A stretch of 63,844 nucleotides of DNA, counting the filler, from Chiloscyllium plagiosum (lineage: Eukaryota), in assembly GCF_004010195.1 (NCBI RefSeq). It is 4 parts of one record of this genome, joined end to end, with 100 filler letters (N's around TTAATTAATTAA, not from the genome) between each part and the next. Parts side by side here need not be neighbours in the genome. Positions count along the whole stretch, not along the records: positions 48,313 to 60,740 come from NC_057710.1; positions 60,841 to 63,844 come from NC_057710.1; 2 more parts are not named here. One strand, written 5' to 3'. The notes under the pieces are model-generated. The model saw only the letters and a list, made by a program, of their open reading frames with translations. It did no database searches and was not told where the DNA came from. Made by a program: the position numbers and the translations under genes. This document shows, piece by piece, positions 49,967-63,464 of the stretch. The first letter of the stretch is position 1. Every line of letters starts with the position of its first letter.

Positions 49967-51289
49967 CTTTTCTTTCAATTTGATAACACCCTTAAATTCC
50001 TCTGTTAGTCACTGCTAGTGCACTCAGGGAAAGAGGTTCAGACACAGACACTGCACGCAAGGGTCCAAGATTGAGCAGAGATCAACATGTGGTGAGACAC
50101 TGGTCACAAGTGTACAGGATTCAGGAGACAAAATTACAGTTGAGGTGCCCAAATGATCAGAACCAAGGTCACATGCTAGATTGTTTGCAGAGAAGTCAGA
50201 TTGATGTTGGTAGCCAAATAATAGATGTGCTGGAGAGCGAGCCAGATAGCCTGGGGTGATTGTTAAGAAAAATGGAAAAGTTAAACACCAACTTGGCACA
50301 TTTCCAGAGTGTTTTCTTTAGCAATAATCAAAACGTCCCACACTATTAAAGAATATGAACACTGAGATGATGAGCCCTAACATATACTTGTAATGAACAG
50401 AAGGTAATGTCCCATTTGCAGAAAAATCAGTCAATTTTGGAAAACATTAATATTGTGATACTACAGTTTGTTCCCAGAATGGAGAGTGACTCAGAACTCA
50501 CAAGACCCGAACCGACCGAGGAAAACTGGAATTCCCCTTGATTTTCCACCAGTCTGTATTGCAATCTCAAAGGTTTCCTGTGTGTTGATGTATAAAGGAA
50601 AGCCTTCTGAGCATAATTAAACACACAAAACTTTTGCCCATTTTGAACAGAAATCCTTCGTGTTAACCTTCCCAACAATTCAACTTTAGAAATCTAACTA
50701 CAAAGTATAACATTGTAATCATCACATAGTCAAACCAGAGTTAAATTTTGTCTTTTTATATATTTTAATTTCCCTATTAACAGTCTTCCCAGTCAAATAT
50801 AAAATATTGCTACATTTTCCAGCGACTTTTATGCAATGCATGCATTTGTTGCAGTTCCCTGAAAAGATTATATAGTTTTGTGGAAGTTAAGAAGTTGGAC
50901 TTTACAACTCCAAGCAGAGGGTGGAGCAATTGAACCATCTACAACTGTTACCAGACTGCACCAGGCAACAAAGAGCTAAGGTCAAAAATTCAAATCTAAA
51001 TGTGTGTTAGGAGCAAGTTATCAAACTGACTTGTGCTGGCTTGGTTAGAGTTAAATTATATTGCCGGATTTTGATATTTCACTTTAGCTACCTGACCTAC
51101 ATCTTCTGTTCTCCTCTCTTGAAGTCGCTGACGTTTTACAGTTGTATCATTCCATAGCTTCTCATGTGAGCCTGGGTATGAGTACAAGCAGTCAAATAAA
51201 AGCAAAATACTGCACATATTGAAAATCTGAAACAAACATAGAAAATGCTAGGGAATCTCGGGGATTCCAGGAGCATCTGTGGAGAGCCA

Positions 51290-53860
51290 AGAACAAGAAA
51301 CTGGAGAAACTGGGTATCACCACCAGCAGTAGCCAAGCCCACCCTGGCACTACAGTGGACATTATCACCGCGAAGAAGTCAATTGTCAACTTATCGGACC
51401 ACACCCTTCAACCTGAAGAGATTCAAGTTCTTAGCAGGGGTCTCAATTTCTGCCCCACCATCAAAATGGACACCATAGTTCTTGCAGCAGACGTGGAGAT
51501 TTCATCAGATGAATGAGACTCCAGGAATTCTTTCAAGATCCCAACGAACCCACCGATGAACCTGAACAGTCATCACAGGGATCTGCAGAGGAGCGACCAA
51601 AGAAGGAGTCAACTTGGACCCCACTGGAGGGTCGCTGCTCTGAGCTTGACATGTATGCTCAAACCATCAGGAAATATATAAATGCCAGGTTCAACAGGTG
51701 TACCCAGAAGGGGAGAGCACAACATCACCCAATCACAACGCAATGTCATCCATGCTCTCAAAACCAATCACAACATTGTCATCAAACCAGCAGATAAAGG
51801 AGGAGCCATCACCATTCAGAATAGAACAGATTACTGCAAGGAAGTGTACCAACAACTAAACAACCAGGAACACTACAGGCAACTACTGGCTGATCTGACC
51901 AAACACCACACCTGTGAACTAAACACATTAATCAGGACTTCGGACCCAGTCCTTCAGAGTTCCCTACACGGACTCATCCCACGTACTTCTTGCAATGACG
52001 ACTTCTACTGCCTTCCAAAGGTACACAAAGCCAATACACCAGGACGTCCCATTGTATCAGGCAATGGGACTCTGTGTGAGAACCTCTCTGGCTATGTCAA
52101 AGGCATCTTGAAACCTATTGTACAGGGGACCCCCAGTTCTGTCGCGATACTACAGATTTCTTACAGAAACTCAGCACCCACAAACCAGTCGAACTGGGAA
52201 CATTCCTCGTTTCAGCACTCTAAACCAGCATCCCCCACAATGATGGCATCGCGGCAACAGCCTCAGTACTCAACACCAACAACTGCCAATCTCCAAGGAC
52301 CATCCTACAACTCATCCGCTTTATCTTCAATCACAACATCTTCACCTTTGACAATCAGTTCTTCATCCAACCACTGGGACCACATTTGCACCCCAATATG
52401 CTAACATTTTCATGCACAGGTTCGAACAAGACTTCTTCTCTACACAGGACCTCCAACCAACATTATACACCAGGTACATTGACTACATTTTCTTCCTCTG
52501 GACCCATGGAGAGGAATCACTGAAAAAAACTACACAGTGATATCAACAAGTTTCATCCCACCATCAAAATCACCATGGACTACTCTCTACTATCTGTCTC
52601 ATTCTTGGACACATGCATCTCCACCAACTGCAACCAACAGGGTACCGTTCATTGTTCAGTATTTCCCAGGAGCCGAAAAACTACGCCATGTTCTCTGCAG
52701 CCTGCAACACATTGTCAATGAGGATAAGCTCCTCGCCAAGACCTTCCCAACACCTCCACTTCTCGCCTTTAAACAGTCACGAAACCTCAAACAGACCATT
52801 GTTCATAGTAAACTGCCCAACTTTCAGGACAAAACCATACAACGTTGTCACGGTAAACATTGCAAGATGTGTCAAAATGTTGACACGGATACCACCATTA
52901 CGCATGGGGACACTTCCCACCATGTACGTGACAGGTACTCATGTGACTCAGGCAATGTTGTCTATCTCTTGAGGCATGGTACATTGGTGAGACCAAACAG
53001 AGGCTACGGCAATGGATGAATGGACATTGCAGAACAATCAACAAACGGGGATGTTTCCTCCCAGTCGGAGAACGCTTCTGCAGTCTGGGACATTCGATCT
53101 CGGACCTTCGGGTGACCGTCCTCCAAGGCAGACTTTGGGACAGGCAAAACGAAAAGTGGCTGACAGCCAAGTTTGGTACCCATGCGGATGGCCTCAACTG
53201 GACCTTTGGTTTATGTCACCCTACAGGTGACCCCATTGCACAATACACACACACATACTCAGACCCTCTCTCATAATACACTCCCTCACACACCCTGTCA
53301 CAGACTTAAACCCCTTTACACTCACACACATACACACACCCTCTCAGAGATACTCATAACCGCCCCCACCACCCTCCACCCCCATGCACACACCCACATG
53401 CACACATACACATATAAGTTTGTGGGGTGAGTTCGTACTTGCAGAGTTATATTGTACTTTGCTCAAAAACTGCATGAATCCATGCAATATTCTGTAAATC
53501 CGTTTTTTAGATTAGAATCAGTCTGACTATTGTGGCACAGACAGCCTCACAGGGAGTTAACACCTTCAATACCTTCTCTGGGCCGACATGACACCAGTTG
53601 TTAAAGTGCACTTGAGAGCGTAACTTTTAAAAAAAAATTTGCGATTTACATATGAAAGAAACAATCCGGGTATTTTTCAATATATAATTTCAGTTACATC
53701 ACACTGTAAACTTTTGCTGCAAATTCTGTGTCTTACAGTCCTATTCTCCACAATCACCCAATGAAGGAGCGGCACTCTGAAAGCTAGTGTTTCCTATTAA
53801 ATCTGTTGGACTATAACCTGGTGTTGTGTGATTGTTAACTTTGTACACACAAGTTCAACT
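51290..53860 (+). mobile_element. Large decayed Penelope-like element (RT, GIY-YIG, CA-rich 3'UTR, pLTR)
   Basis: VIKPADKGGA, FYCLPKVHK..GRPIVSG, FAPQYANIFM, RYIDYIF, CDSGNVVYL..YIGETKQRL; pLTR at about 53750-53850; frameshifts and internal deletion. Confidence 0.9.
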
Positions 53861-55984
53861 CGTGGCAAATCGTGCGGAGAGAGAAACAGAGTTAAAGTTT
53901 TGAGTCCAATGGCACCCTTAATCAATTCAGACTTTCATCTCATTAGAGATCAAGACCAAGCCAGTTTTCAAGTGGCTGCACTGTCAGACTTGCCTCTGGA
54001 GCCATTGTAACAAAGTTAAGCTTTTTAAAAATGTTTCCATCTGTGAACTGATAGAGGAATGCTCGTTTTCTTTTGCCAGAATCCAAGTAGAATATAACTC
54101 CAGACACTTCCCTAAATTCTTTGTGGCTTTTTAAAAAATCAAACTGCTCAGAGATATTATTACCCACTGCTGGAGCAGGTAGAAACCCAGGTCTCCTGTG
54201 TGAGAGGTAGGAACATTACCACTGCATCACAAGAGCTCCTCTAAATCTACTGCATTCTTGGAGGCAGAGGCTTGGGGAGGGCAAGTGAGGCTGGTAGAGA
54301 CAAGCATCTTCATGATCAGTGTACCTGATAAGATAGTGAAAAGGGAGGTGCACAGGCCTGATGTAGTAATGAAAGGGTAAACAGCTTGGCTTAGCTTTGA
54401 GACAGGTCCACATGACTTCTTTCTGGTACTTTAACCAAGGGAATGTGACTTCATGAACCTGCATGTTTCTTTGTGTAGTTCAACCTAGATTCCAGAAGAC
54501 CAACTGATGTATCCAAGTGTAACACAAATTATTCTGAGTACAATGATACTGGACATCTTAAAACTGTCTCAAGAAATATGTTATTTTAGTTCATATTTAT
54601 CTGAAGATAAATCACATACTTATTAATGTTTTGATGTAATAGCCTTATTATGTTTGACAGTCTATTGTACTGAACACATCATCAACAGGTTTACAGCATC
54701 TCCATGTAAAATGGTGCATGAAGCCACAAGTTAGTGCCAGTTAGTTATTTATCTAACACACCTTAAAGTATTGATGACATAAAGAGATAAGTTCTGATAT
54801 TGGATTAGTCAGGCTATGTGTTAATAACATCAATAAATTAATTATACTCCCTGCTTTTGGTGTTCAAACTGAGCTGGACTGGATGGCCTTCTTTGTATTG
54901 CATTATTCTATTAAGAAAAAAACTGCCCTCTCATATCCGAGCCTCCACTATTTTGAGATTGTTCAAAACTCTGTCGCCTATGTTCGAACTTGTACTAATT
55001 GTTGCTCAACTCCTCACTGGTCTATATTGGCTATTGGTTAAACAATATGCTAATTTTAAAGTTTCCTTGTATTTGAATTCCTTCATGGCTTTGCCCCTCT
55101 CTGTCTCACAGAGTCCTCCAACTCTTCAACTCTCTGAAGCCAGTATGCTCCTGGAGTTCTAGCCTCTCAAACATCCCTGATTTTAATTGCTTCACAGTCA
55201 GGGCTGTCAATTCAGCTGTTTATTCCTGAAGCACTGTAAACCCAGCCCACACCTCTCGGCTTCTCCTTATAAGGTTCCCTAAAACTTTCCTCTTTGGCTA
55301 AGTTTTTGATCACCTGGTCTAAAATCTCTTTACATGGACCAGTATGAAATGTTATCCTATTAGCGCTTCTATAACATGTTTTGGAATATTTAATTGCATT
55401 AATGTACACTATTAATGCAATTCATTTTTGTTGCATTAACCTGGTCTAGCTTTCATTCAAAGGAAACAATTCCCGATAAACAAATTGAAGTAAGCGTACG
55501 TTGTGTCAGCCTAATATCGAAAATCCTTATCATTCTCCTATGGCATTTCACATAGCAAATCCAAAAATGTCGGCCTTAAATCTGTCTCTGAGATTCGGTG
55601 CAAAAATTAACCCTAGCAACTATTTTGACAGGGCTTCCACTGATCTTCTGCTGAAGTTGTAAAGGGTAATTGGGGGGAAACCCCACAAAAGTTCTACTCC
55701 AGTGATTATTTGAATGATAGGATCATTACAAGACAGGGAAAGGACATTGATCTGTGGTGTTTGTGCCAGTTTGTGTCAGTTTGTGTGAAGCAATGAAACT
55801 GGCACCTGTTCATTGCATCTTCACTGCAGCCGTGCAAATCTAACTGTTCAGATAATTATCCAAATCCTTTTTCAAAGCTTTGACTGATTTTGTGGCCACC
55901 ACACTCTACATCAGATCTCGCCACTCCACCCCTCCCCCCCAAAGAATTTCCTCATATTGCCTCTGGCTCTTGTGTCAATCACGT

Positions 55985-56365
55985 TAAAGTAAAAAGGTAA
56001 AAATCACACCTAACCAGATTATAGTCCAACAGGTTTAATTGGAAGCACTAGCTTTCGGAGCACCTTGACTTTGAGACAGGCAGCAGCAAAAAGTGGCCGA
56101 GCAGAGGTTGATAGATAAGTTCCACCCCCATAGGGAGGGCCTCAACCGGGATCTTGGGTTCATGTCACATTACAGGTGACCACCGTTGCACTATACACAC
56201 ACACAGACACTCCTATACACACACATACACACGGGCACACATATACAGAGACACGCACACAGACACTCACACAAACCTTTACAGGCACACATATTCCCAC
56301 ATTCATACATGCATCCTTTCAGAGATTTAGACCACTCTACACTCACGCACACATATACACTCTCA
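55985..56365. mobile_element. Short Penelope insertion: inverted pLTR piece plus sense 3' fragment of the 51290-53860 family
   Basis: Antisense ..gattatagtccaacaggtttaattggaagcactagctttcggagc, followed by a sense match to about 53130-53340. Confidence 0.75.
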
Positions 56366-56744
56366 GCCTGGTTTTCCCTTATATTGTCAATCTGTTCCTT
56401 TTTGTTTAGTTAATATGACATCAAAGCAGTCTTCAGAAAAGATGGTTGCAACAAAGAAAATGCATAATAAAACACTACCAGTCATACAATTGCAAATTTT
56501 AATTACGTGTTCCTCAGAACCAATTAGAGTGGGAGATATGGTTCAAGATAGTCAATGAGTTTTTCTCTGGACACTGATGAAGTGAGTCAATGACAAGGGA
56601 TTATGAAGGTTTTTGTTTCTGAGGGAGAGGTATTCCCTTACTCCTCTAACACAACAAGCCTTGTGGTTTGGTAAATGCTGTTGTTGATAATACAGAATCC
56701 ATCAAACAAAACTCTTACCATGATCATAATCTGTTAAATATTTT

Positions 56745-57335
56745 GATGGCATGATGGCTCAGTGATTAGGACTGCTACCTCACAGCGCCAGGGACCTGGG
56801 CTCGATTTCACCCATGCATGGGTGTTTGTGTGTTCTTCCTGTGTCATTGCAGTTTTCCTTTGGGTGCTTCGGTTTCCTCTGATTATGACTTAATTTAATT
56901 AGATTACTTACAGTGTGGAAACAGGCCCTTCAGCCCAACAAGTCCACACCAACCTTCCAAAGAGCAACCCATCCAGACCCTTTCACCTAACACTACGGGC
57001 AATTTAGCATGGCCAATTCACCTAACCTGCACATTTTTGGATTGTGAGAGGAAACCGGAGCACCCGGAGGAAACCCACGCAGATACAGGGAGAACGTGCA
57101 AACTCCACACAGACAGGTGCCTGAGGCGGGAATTGAACCCAGGTCTCTGGTGCTGTGAGGCAGCAGTGCTAACCACTGTGCCACCGTGGCGCCCTAAGAT
57201 CGCAGTCCAAAGATGTGCAGGTTAGGTGGATTGGCCATATCGACTATCCATGATAAATGCAGGGTTACGGGGATAGGATAGGGGCTGGATGGGATGCTCT
57301 TTGGGCCAAATGGCCTCTTTCTGCTCTGTATTCTA
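56745..57335 (+). mobile_element. Older HE1-type SINE split by a younger antisense copy
   Basis: Head and V-domain start at 56745-56880; cagtccaaagatgtgcaggttagg resumes near 57200. Confidence 0.75.
56892..57194 (-). mobile_element. HE1-type V-SINE (full length)
   Basis: A-box tggcacagtggttagc, B-box gggttcaattccc, V-domain and tail. Confidence 0.92.
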
Positions 57336-57377
57336 TTTGTCAAAATCATTTTTTCATATTAAATGTTCACTTACTTC

Positions 57378-57679
57378 GATTTAGATTACTTACAGCGTGG
57401 AAACAGGCCCTTCGGCCCAACAAGTCCACACCGACCCTCCGAAGAGCAACCCACTCAGACCCATTCCCTACACCTAACACTACGGGCAATTTAGCATGGC
57501 CAATTCACCTCGCCTGCACATTTTTGGATTGTAGGAGGAAACCAGAGCACCCGGAGGAAACCTGCACAGAAACGGGGAGAATGTGCAAACTCCACACAGA
57601 AGTTGCCTGAGGTGGAAATTGAACCTGGGTCTCTGGTGCTGTGAGGCAGCAGTGCTAACCACTGTGCCACCATGCCACC
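57378..57679 (-). mobile_element. HE1-type V-SINE (full length)
   Basis: Same structure, closely similar to 56892-57194. Confidence 0.92.
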
Positions 57680-59249
57680 ACTTCTTCCTTTCTGTTTTTT
57701 TTATCCTATTTTCTTTCTCCTTGTTCTTTTTGATCTACAGTTGATTTGATGATGATTTACCTACATTTAGTTCCTTTCCTCTCAGACTCCTTCAATCTCA
57801 TGGGTTAAAAGTTGTTGGTTCCCATCATTTACTGAGGTAACAAGTGCCTGTTGCTCTTGCAATGCCTTTATCCATATACACTTGTCGTGAGGCGCTTCAA
57901 CAAAATTTTTGACGCTGAAGTTAAATTAAAGGAGCAGACTGCAAAATATCCCATTCCAGCAACATACAGCCCAATAAGTAACTGTGTTACACAAAAGCAG
58001 ACAGTGATTTAAATACTCAGCCAGTCTTGCAGCATCTGGGGCCTGGGAGATAGAGTTAATGGATAAGATTGTACCCTCTGGAGAGAGCAGTGCAGATGGC
58101 AGGGCAGGGTAATTGGGCAGGTTGGCAGTGCTCAGATACCAGCCTACTTACTGCTACCTCAGTGATTATGTTCTGAGTGGGAAGGCCCATGGGTGACATA
58201 CCAGACCTTCCATCAATTAAAGCCATGAAGTAATCAATTAACAACATCGTAAGGTCTTCAACTTGTCACTGACCCATTTACCTGCCTTCCCAGCACATGA
58301 GAAAAGTGACTGCCTTCCCAATAGGGATTTCAGGGCAGTCTGTCCAGCAGATTGAGGTGTGAGCTTTCCATTTTCCCGAAACTGTCCCCTCCCCATCCCT
58401 CCAAGCCTTTTCTTCCTGTGACCCCACCCTCCAATCCCCTAAAATGGAATCCACTCATTTACATGTTGTTTTCACCCTTCACAGATGATCTCCAGCCCCA
58501 GGAGCTACTGACTTCTGATTGCAAGGCAGCTTCTGTTGGGGAAAGGTGTCAGTATTGTCATTTACGACACACTAAGAAGTCTGCCAATCAGCTCTCACAC
58601 AGCCAATTGTGGTTGATCTAATGGATTCCATCATTGGTGGAATAGATGGGGTTAGCCCTGAAAGATATCCACCATCACATTTCATGCAGGGAGCATTAAA
58701 TACAGGTCAACATTCCAGTTCTGTGAGCTTTCACAGACTTCAAGTATCCACTCTTGTTCTCTGTACACAAAGGCTGCCAGATTGGTGAAGTGTTTCCATC
58801 ATTTTCTGCTTTCATTTCCTTCATCTGACAAATTTTGCTTTTGCCTTAGTTCTGTAGGTTTTGATTGAAATGCGTGCCTCGAAAGCAGATAACTGAAATG
58901 TGTCTGGGCCTTGAGACACTGAGATCAGAAATCAGAGGAAAAGTGACTAAACCAAGATTGGAGTTGGCAGACGTTGAATTCCTACATCAGGACGGACATA
59001 TATTGAGCCAACATGAAAGGGAGCTGTAGAAGCTTACACCTGATGTTCCAGAAATAACATCAATGTGAAAATGAATACACAAGAAAAAGTAGGCCTTGAC
59101 AATAAATTAGGAAAATCTAGCTATAAATTGCAGTAATTATCATTGGTAGTGATGGCTGTTGAGTGAATGCATTCATTCTGAAATTGTTAATGTTGGACAA
59201 TGCATTAAGCTCCACTCAATCTGATGATTCTGGGTTATCCAAGATCGAG

Positions 59250-60740
59250 GACGGGAAAAATTTCTGGCTGTAAGAGCTGCTCCTTTTTTTGAGATATTTT
59301 AGGTGTTGGAGGTGATTTCCTCGAATTCCAGGAGCAGCAGTTACTTTTTTATATGCTGTGCATTGTTTTGGAACTTTGGGAGAAAAAGTCAAAGCAACAG
59401 CAGTTTTAAAAGGGAGAAGAGCAGACAAAGGAAGCACATGGTGAGGTCAGTGCAGGAGAGAGAGAGAGAAGTTGCACAGTTACTGCCTTTGCTGTTTGAA
59501 TTCGTGTATCGCTGGACATCGGAGTGCATCTGGGAAAATTAACAAAGTGTGAAATTCACAACTAATCTTGGAGGAACAGCACAGAATCAGATAAGTTAAT
59601 TGTTGTTTTAAGTCTGTCCAAGAGAAAGGCTGTATTAGTGAGTACAGTAGGTTCTTTCTTGATTATATGTTTTTGGAGATAAGTCTCTTGATTAAACTTA
59701 AAATATAAGCCATAGCTATTAATTTAACCTGGGGCAGTGTTTGTAGAGGAATAAGACGGTGTTATTTACTGGGTCTGTAGATTGTAAAGAAGCAAAAATG
59801 GCCTTTGCAGTGATATGTACTTCTTGTCAGATGTGGGAGTTTAAAGAGAGTTTAAGGGTTACTGCGGATTATATCTGCCATAAATGCTGTTGGATGTGAA
59901 TCTTATCAGATCGAATAGATCGGTTGGAGAGACAAATAGAAGCGATGAGGAATTTGCAACAGCAACACTATGTGATGGATGGCAGTTATAGAAAGGGGGG
60001 AAAGTCTCAGATACAGTCACATAGATGGGTTAACTCTAGGAAGAATAAGAGAGGTAGGCAGCTAGTGCAGGAGTCTTTTGTGGATATACCCATTTCAAAC
60101 AGGTATGCTGTTTTGGAAAATGAGGTGGGTGATGGATTCTCAGGGGAACGTAGCAAGAACAGCCAAATTTCTGGTATTGAGATTGGCTCTAATGCAACGA
60201 GGGGTACGTCAGCTTCCAAGAGATCAATTGTGTTAGGGGATTCTATAGTCTGAGGTACAGACAGACGTTTCTGTGGCCAGCAGCAAAAAAGCAGAATGGT
60301 GTGTTGTTTCCCTGGTGCCAGGATCAAGGATGTCTCAGAGAGGGTGCATAATGTTCTCACGGGGGAGAGGGGCCAGCAGGAGGTTATTGTCCACATTGGA
60401 ACCAATGACATAGGAAGGGAAAAGGTTGAGATTCTGAAGGGAGATTACAGAGAGTTAGACAGAAATTTAAAAAAGAAGTCCTCAAGGGTAGTAATATCTG
60501 GATTACTCCCAGTGCGACGAACGAGAGAGGGCAGGAATAGGAGGATAGAGCAGATGAATGCATGGCTGAGGAGCTGGTGTATGGGAGAAGGATTCACATT
60601 TTTGGATCATTGGAATCTCTTTTGGGGTAGAAGTGACCTGTACAAGAAGGACGGATTGCACCTAAATTGGAAGGGGACTAATATACTGGCAGGGAAATTT
60701 TCTAGAACTACTTGGGAGGATTTAAACTAGTAAGGTGGGG
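59250..60740 (+). mobile_element. CR1 LINE 5' end: 5'UTR and ORF1 (59798-60730; zinc finger, coiled coil, SGNH esterase) with two in-frame stops
   Basis: MAFAVICTSCQMW..YICHKC..DRLERQIEAM..LGDSIV*GTD..HIGTND..DGLHLN in one frame; runs into the spacer. Confidence 0.9.
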
Positions 60741-60840
60741 NNNNNNNNNNNNNNNNNNNNNNNNNNNNNNNNNNNNNNNNNNNNTTAATTAATTAANNNN
60801 NNNNNNNNNNNNNNNNNNNNNNNNNNNNNNNNNNNNNNNN
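60741..60840. other. Artificial contig spacer
   Basis: 44 N + TTAATTAATTAA + 44 N. Confidence 0.95.
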
Positions 60841-61183
60841 GGAGGGAGTAGATAATGGTAAGCAAAGGATGGGATGACGTCAAACAACCTTATGGGAGGC
60901 AGAGATAGACATTTGTCACTGACAAGGCCGGATAAACAGAAGTTGTGGGATCAGTCTTAAGGAAATGAGTGACGTAAGCGGAGGAAGGGGGCAAACAGTG
61001 GAATAAGAAAAAATATGGGGATTCAAACTGTATAAATTTCGAGAGTTTGTTGGATTTGATGTGCATTTGTCATTGTGTTACCTGGCATTAGACATTGCAC
61101 CCACTTGCAAGTGTACAAATAAAGCGGCACTACTAGTTCAGATTTTTGAAATTATTGAAGTGAGTGAGCTTTTGTTTCTCACA
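60841..61183 (+). mobile_element. 3' part of a retroviral/LTR-retrotransposon LTR
   Basis: Ordered CRE TGACGTCA (60875-82), TGACGTAA (60970-77), TATAAA (61031-36), AATAAA (61118-23) and a T-rich U5-like segment ending ..CA (61183). Confidence 0.6.
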
Positions 61184-63464
61184 GTTATCATATTCATTGC
61201 TTGTTAATTTTTACAGGAGGTATGGAGGTCACTGTATGCGGGCAGTAGATGATACATGTCACTATGGACACAACTTTATTATTCCCAAATTTACTGCAAT
61301 ATGAAACTTTGATGCTGAAGCAGGGGCTGGGGTCTTCCACATAAACATGGAGAATTGGATCTCTGCAGCTCTCCCCTTTGTAGAGCTCACTCAATAAAGA
61401 ATAGAAAAGATGAATTATTTAATTCTTCAGTTACCTAGACCAATATCACAGCTTAAGATTCCGAAGTGATTATTGCTACCAAGTCTTTTGTTCTCACTAG
61501 GATAATTAGCTCAGTTCGTTCTGGGAAAAGACCACGGAAATTTTCAACAAGTGGGGGACCTTGAATCTCAGGAAATCCACGGACCCTCAGGAAGTCAAGA
61601 AATGCAGAGAAATAGGCAGGAAAAATAAGTTGAGGCAGAAGATCAGCTACAATCATATTGAATGATGGAGCAGGCTCAAGGGACTATCTGGTCACCTACT
61701 ATTACTATTTCTTATGGTTTTCTGTTGGCCTACATGCATAGGTGTATCTGAGGGAGATGAATGGGCAACGTATTTATACTACATCAGGAGTGACAGTATT
61801 AGGAGCACTAACATTAACTTGCATTTATATAGCACCTTTAATACATAAAAATATTCCAAGGTAGTCAAAAAAAGTGAATCAATCCCTATCTCTTCTATAT
61901 CACAACAACAAGAGCAGGTTAGGAGCCAGAATATCAATGCATTGGGCTATTTTAGAATCCTTCAACCCTGAAGAATCAAAGAATTTTGATCTGCAATCCT
62001 TATGAGTATCGCTCTACACTGATCAGAATATTTTATTGAATCAACTGAAATAACTATAAATTACAATATATCATCAAATTGGCATAAATCTGTATTGTCT
62101 GTAGATAGTACAATTCAAATGTGCATCATAGTACCTAACTAATATTTTAAATAGTGCTCCGATAAAATGCTAAATAGCAGATTGAGATGGCAAATGTACA
62201 GTACAGTGATTGTGAAAACAATCACATTCAATGTTTAGCTCAAGCATATTTTCATGAGTACACCATTGTTTACAGCTATTAATTTTGAGCTGCCTGACAG
62301 ATATCAATGATTGGTTGCTTTCACAACTAAAATACTTATTTCAATATATTTAGCTGAGAAAGAAGGGAAGAGGTCAGAGAATGGAGACTGTTGTATGAGC
62401 TGTAGAGTGATTTTGTTTCTGTGCTGAGGAGGAGCTCTGTTCGATTTTCCTGATCTTACTCACTTCAAGTCAGCAAGTCTCTGCAGGCCCTATGATTCTA
62501 TTTTATTCAACCTACTGCATTAATTGGAATTTTAGGCTGGAAGTTTTAAAAAGGTTTTAAATATTTTGTGTTTAATTGCAAAGGTGAGTGAATATGTGAG
62601 GCCTAATGAAAAGTGCCTCAATTGAATTAATATTTAATTTCAATTAATCATTTATTGTAGCTGTGTTTAAGAAAATCATAATGATTCACTGAATTAATCA
62701 AACTGGTGACTCTGAACAAAAGCTAATTGGTATAAAAGTAAAACTCAAAATAGACTCCATACTGAATGCAGGCTCAGATCCTAAATTGATTTAAAATGAA
62801 ACTATTTTCAAAAATCCAGTTCCACCATTTCAATTCAGAATGTCATCCCTTCAACAAAATTATGTCAATAGTGAATGCAGGAACATTTTATTTTATTTTC
62901 TGCCTTAACAGACCACAATTTCAGAAGCCAGTTTAGGTTTGATAGCCTGATCCCGTTGACACAAGATCACAAGACAGATACACATGACTGAGCTCAATAA
63001 GTCAGAGAAATTCATCGACCCAAAAAAATCCTAATCTCTCCCCATTATGGAATCTAATTATTTTTTAATTGACTCCATTCATTATTTATTAGAGTTGAGA
63101 AGAATGAGAGGCGATCTTATTTAAATATAGAAAATGTTGAGAAGGTTTGATGCGGTAGATGTTGAAAAGATATTTCCACTAATCCCAAACTAGGGGACAT
63201 GGTTACAGAATAAGGGACTGCTTATTTAAAATTGAGGTGGCAATGAATTTTACTCCCAGCACTAGTGGACTTACAGAATTCGCTACTCCAGGAGGTAAGA
63301 AAGTATCGAAAGAAGATGTAGATTGATATTGAAATATCAGGAAGTTGCCAGCTATGCTGACGTGGCATAAAAGCAAAGTTGAGGCCTGGGGCAACTCATC
63401 CATGACCTTATAGAATTATGGCGCAGACTGAAGGGGTTACATTGTCTCCTATATATTATGTTCT

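Noticed and set aside
53240..53415. CA-rich low-complexity ORFs (also 56190-56360)
   Set aside because: Part of the Penelope 3'UTR; the His/Thr-rich translations are artefacts.
19395..56065. Strand bias of intact hammerheads (3 antisense versus 1 sense to the host genes)
   Set aside because: Numbers too small, and damaged copies occur on both strands.
57120..57194. tRNA-like sequences with A/B boxes
   Set aside because: They are SINE heads, not tRNA genes.
61217..61260. + strand aggtatggaggtcactg resembling the start of TPM exon 4 after an AG
   Set aside because: Wrong strand relative to exon 3, similarity ends within about 20 nt, and no TPM peptide in any frame.
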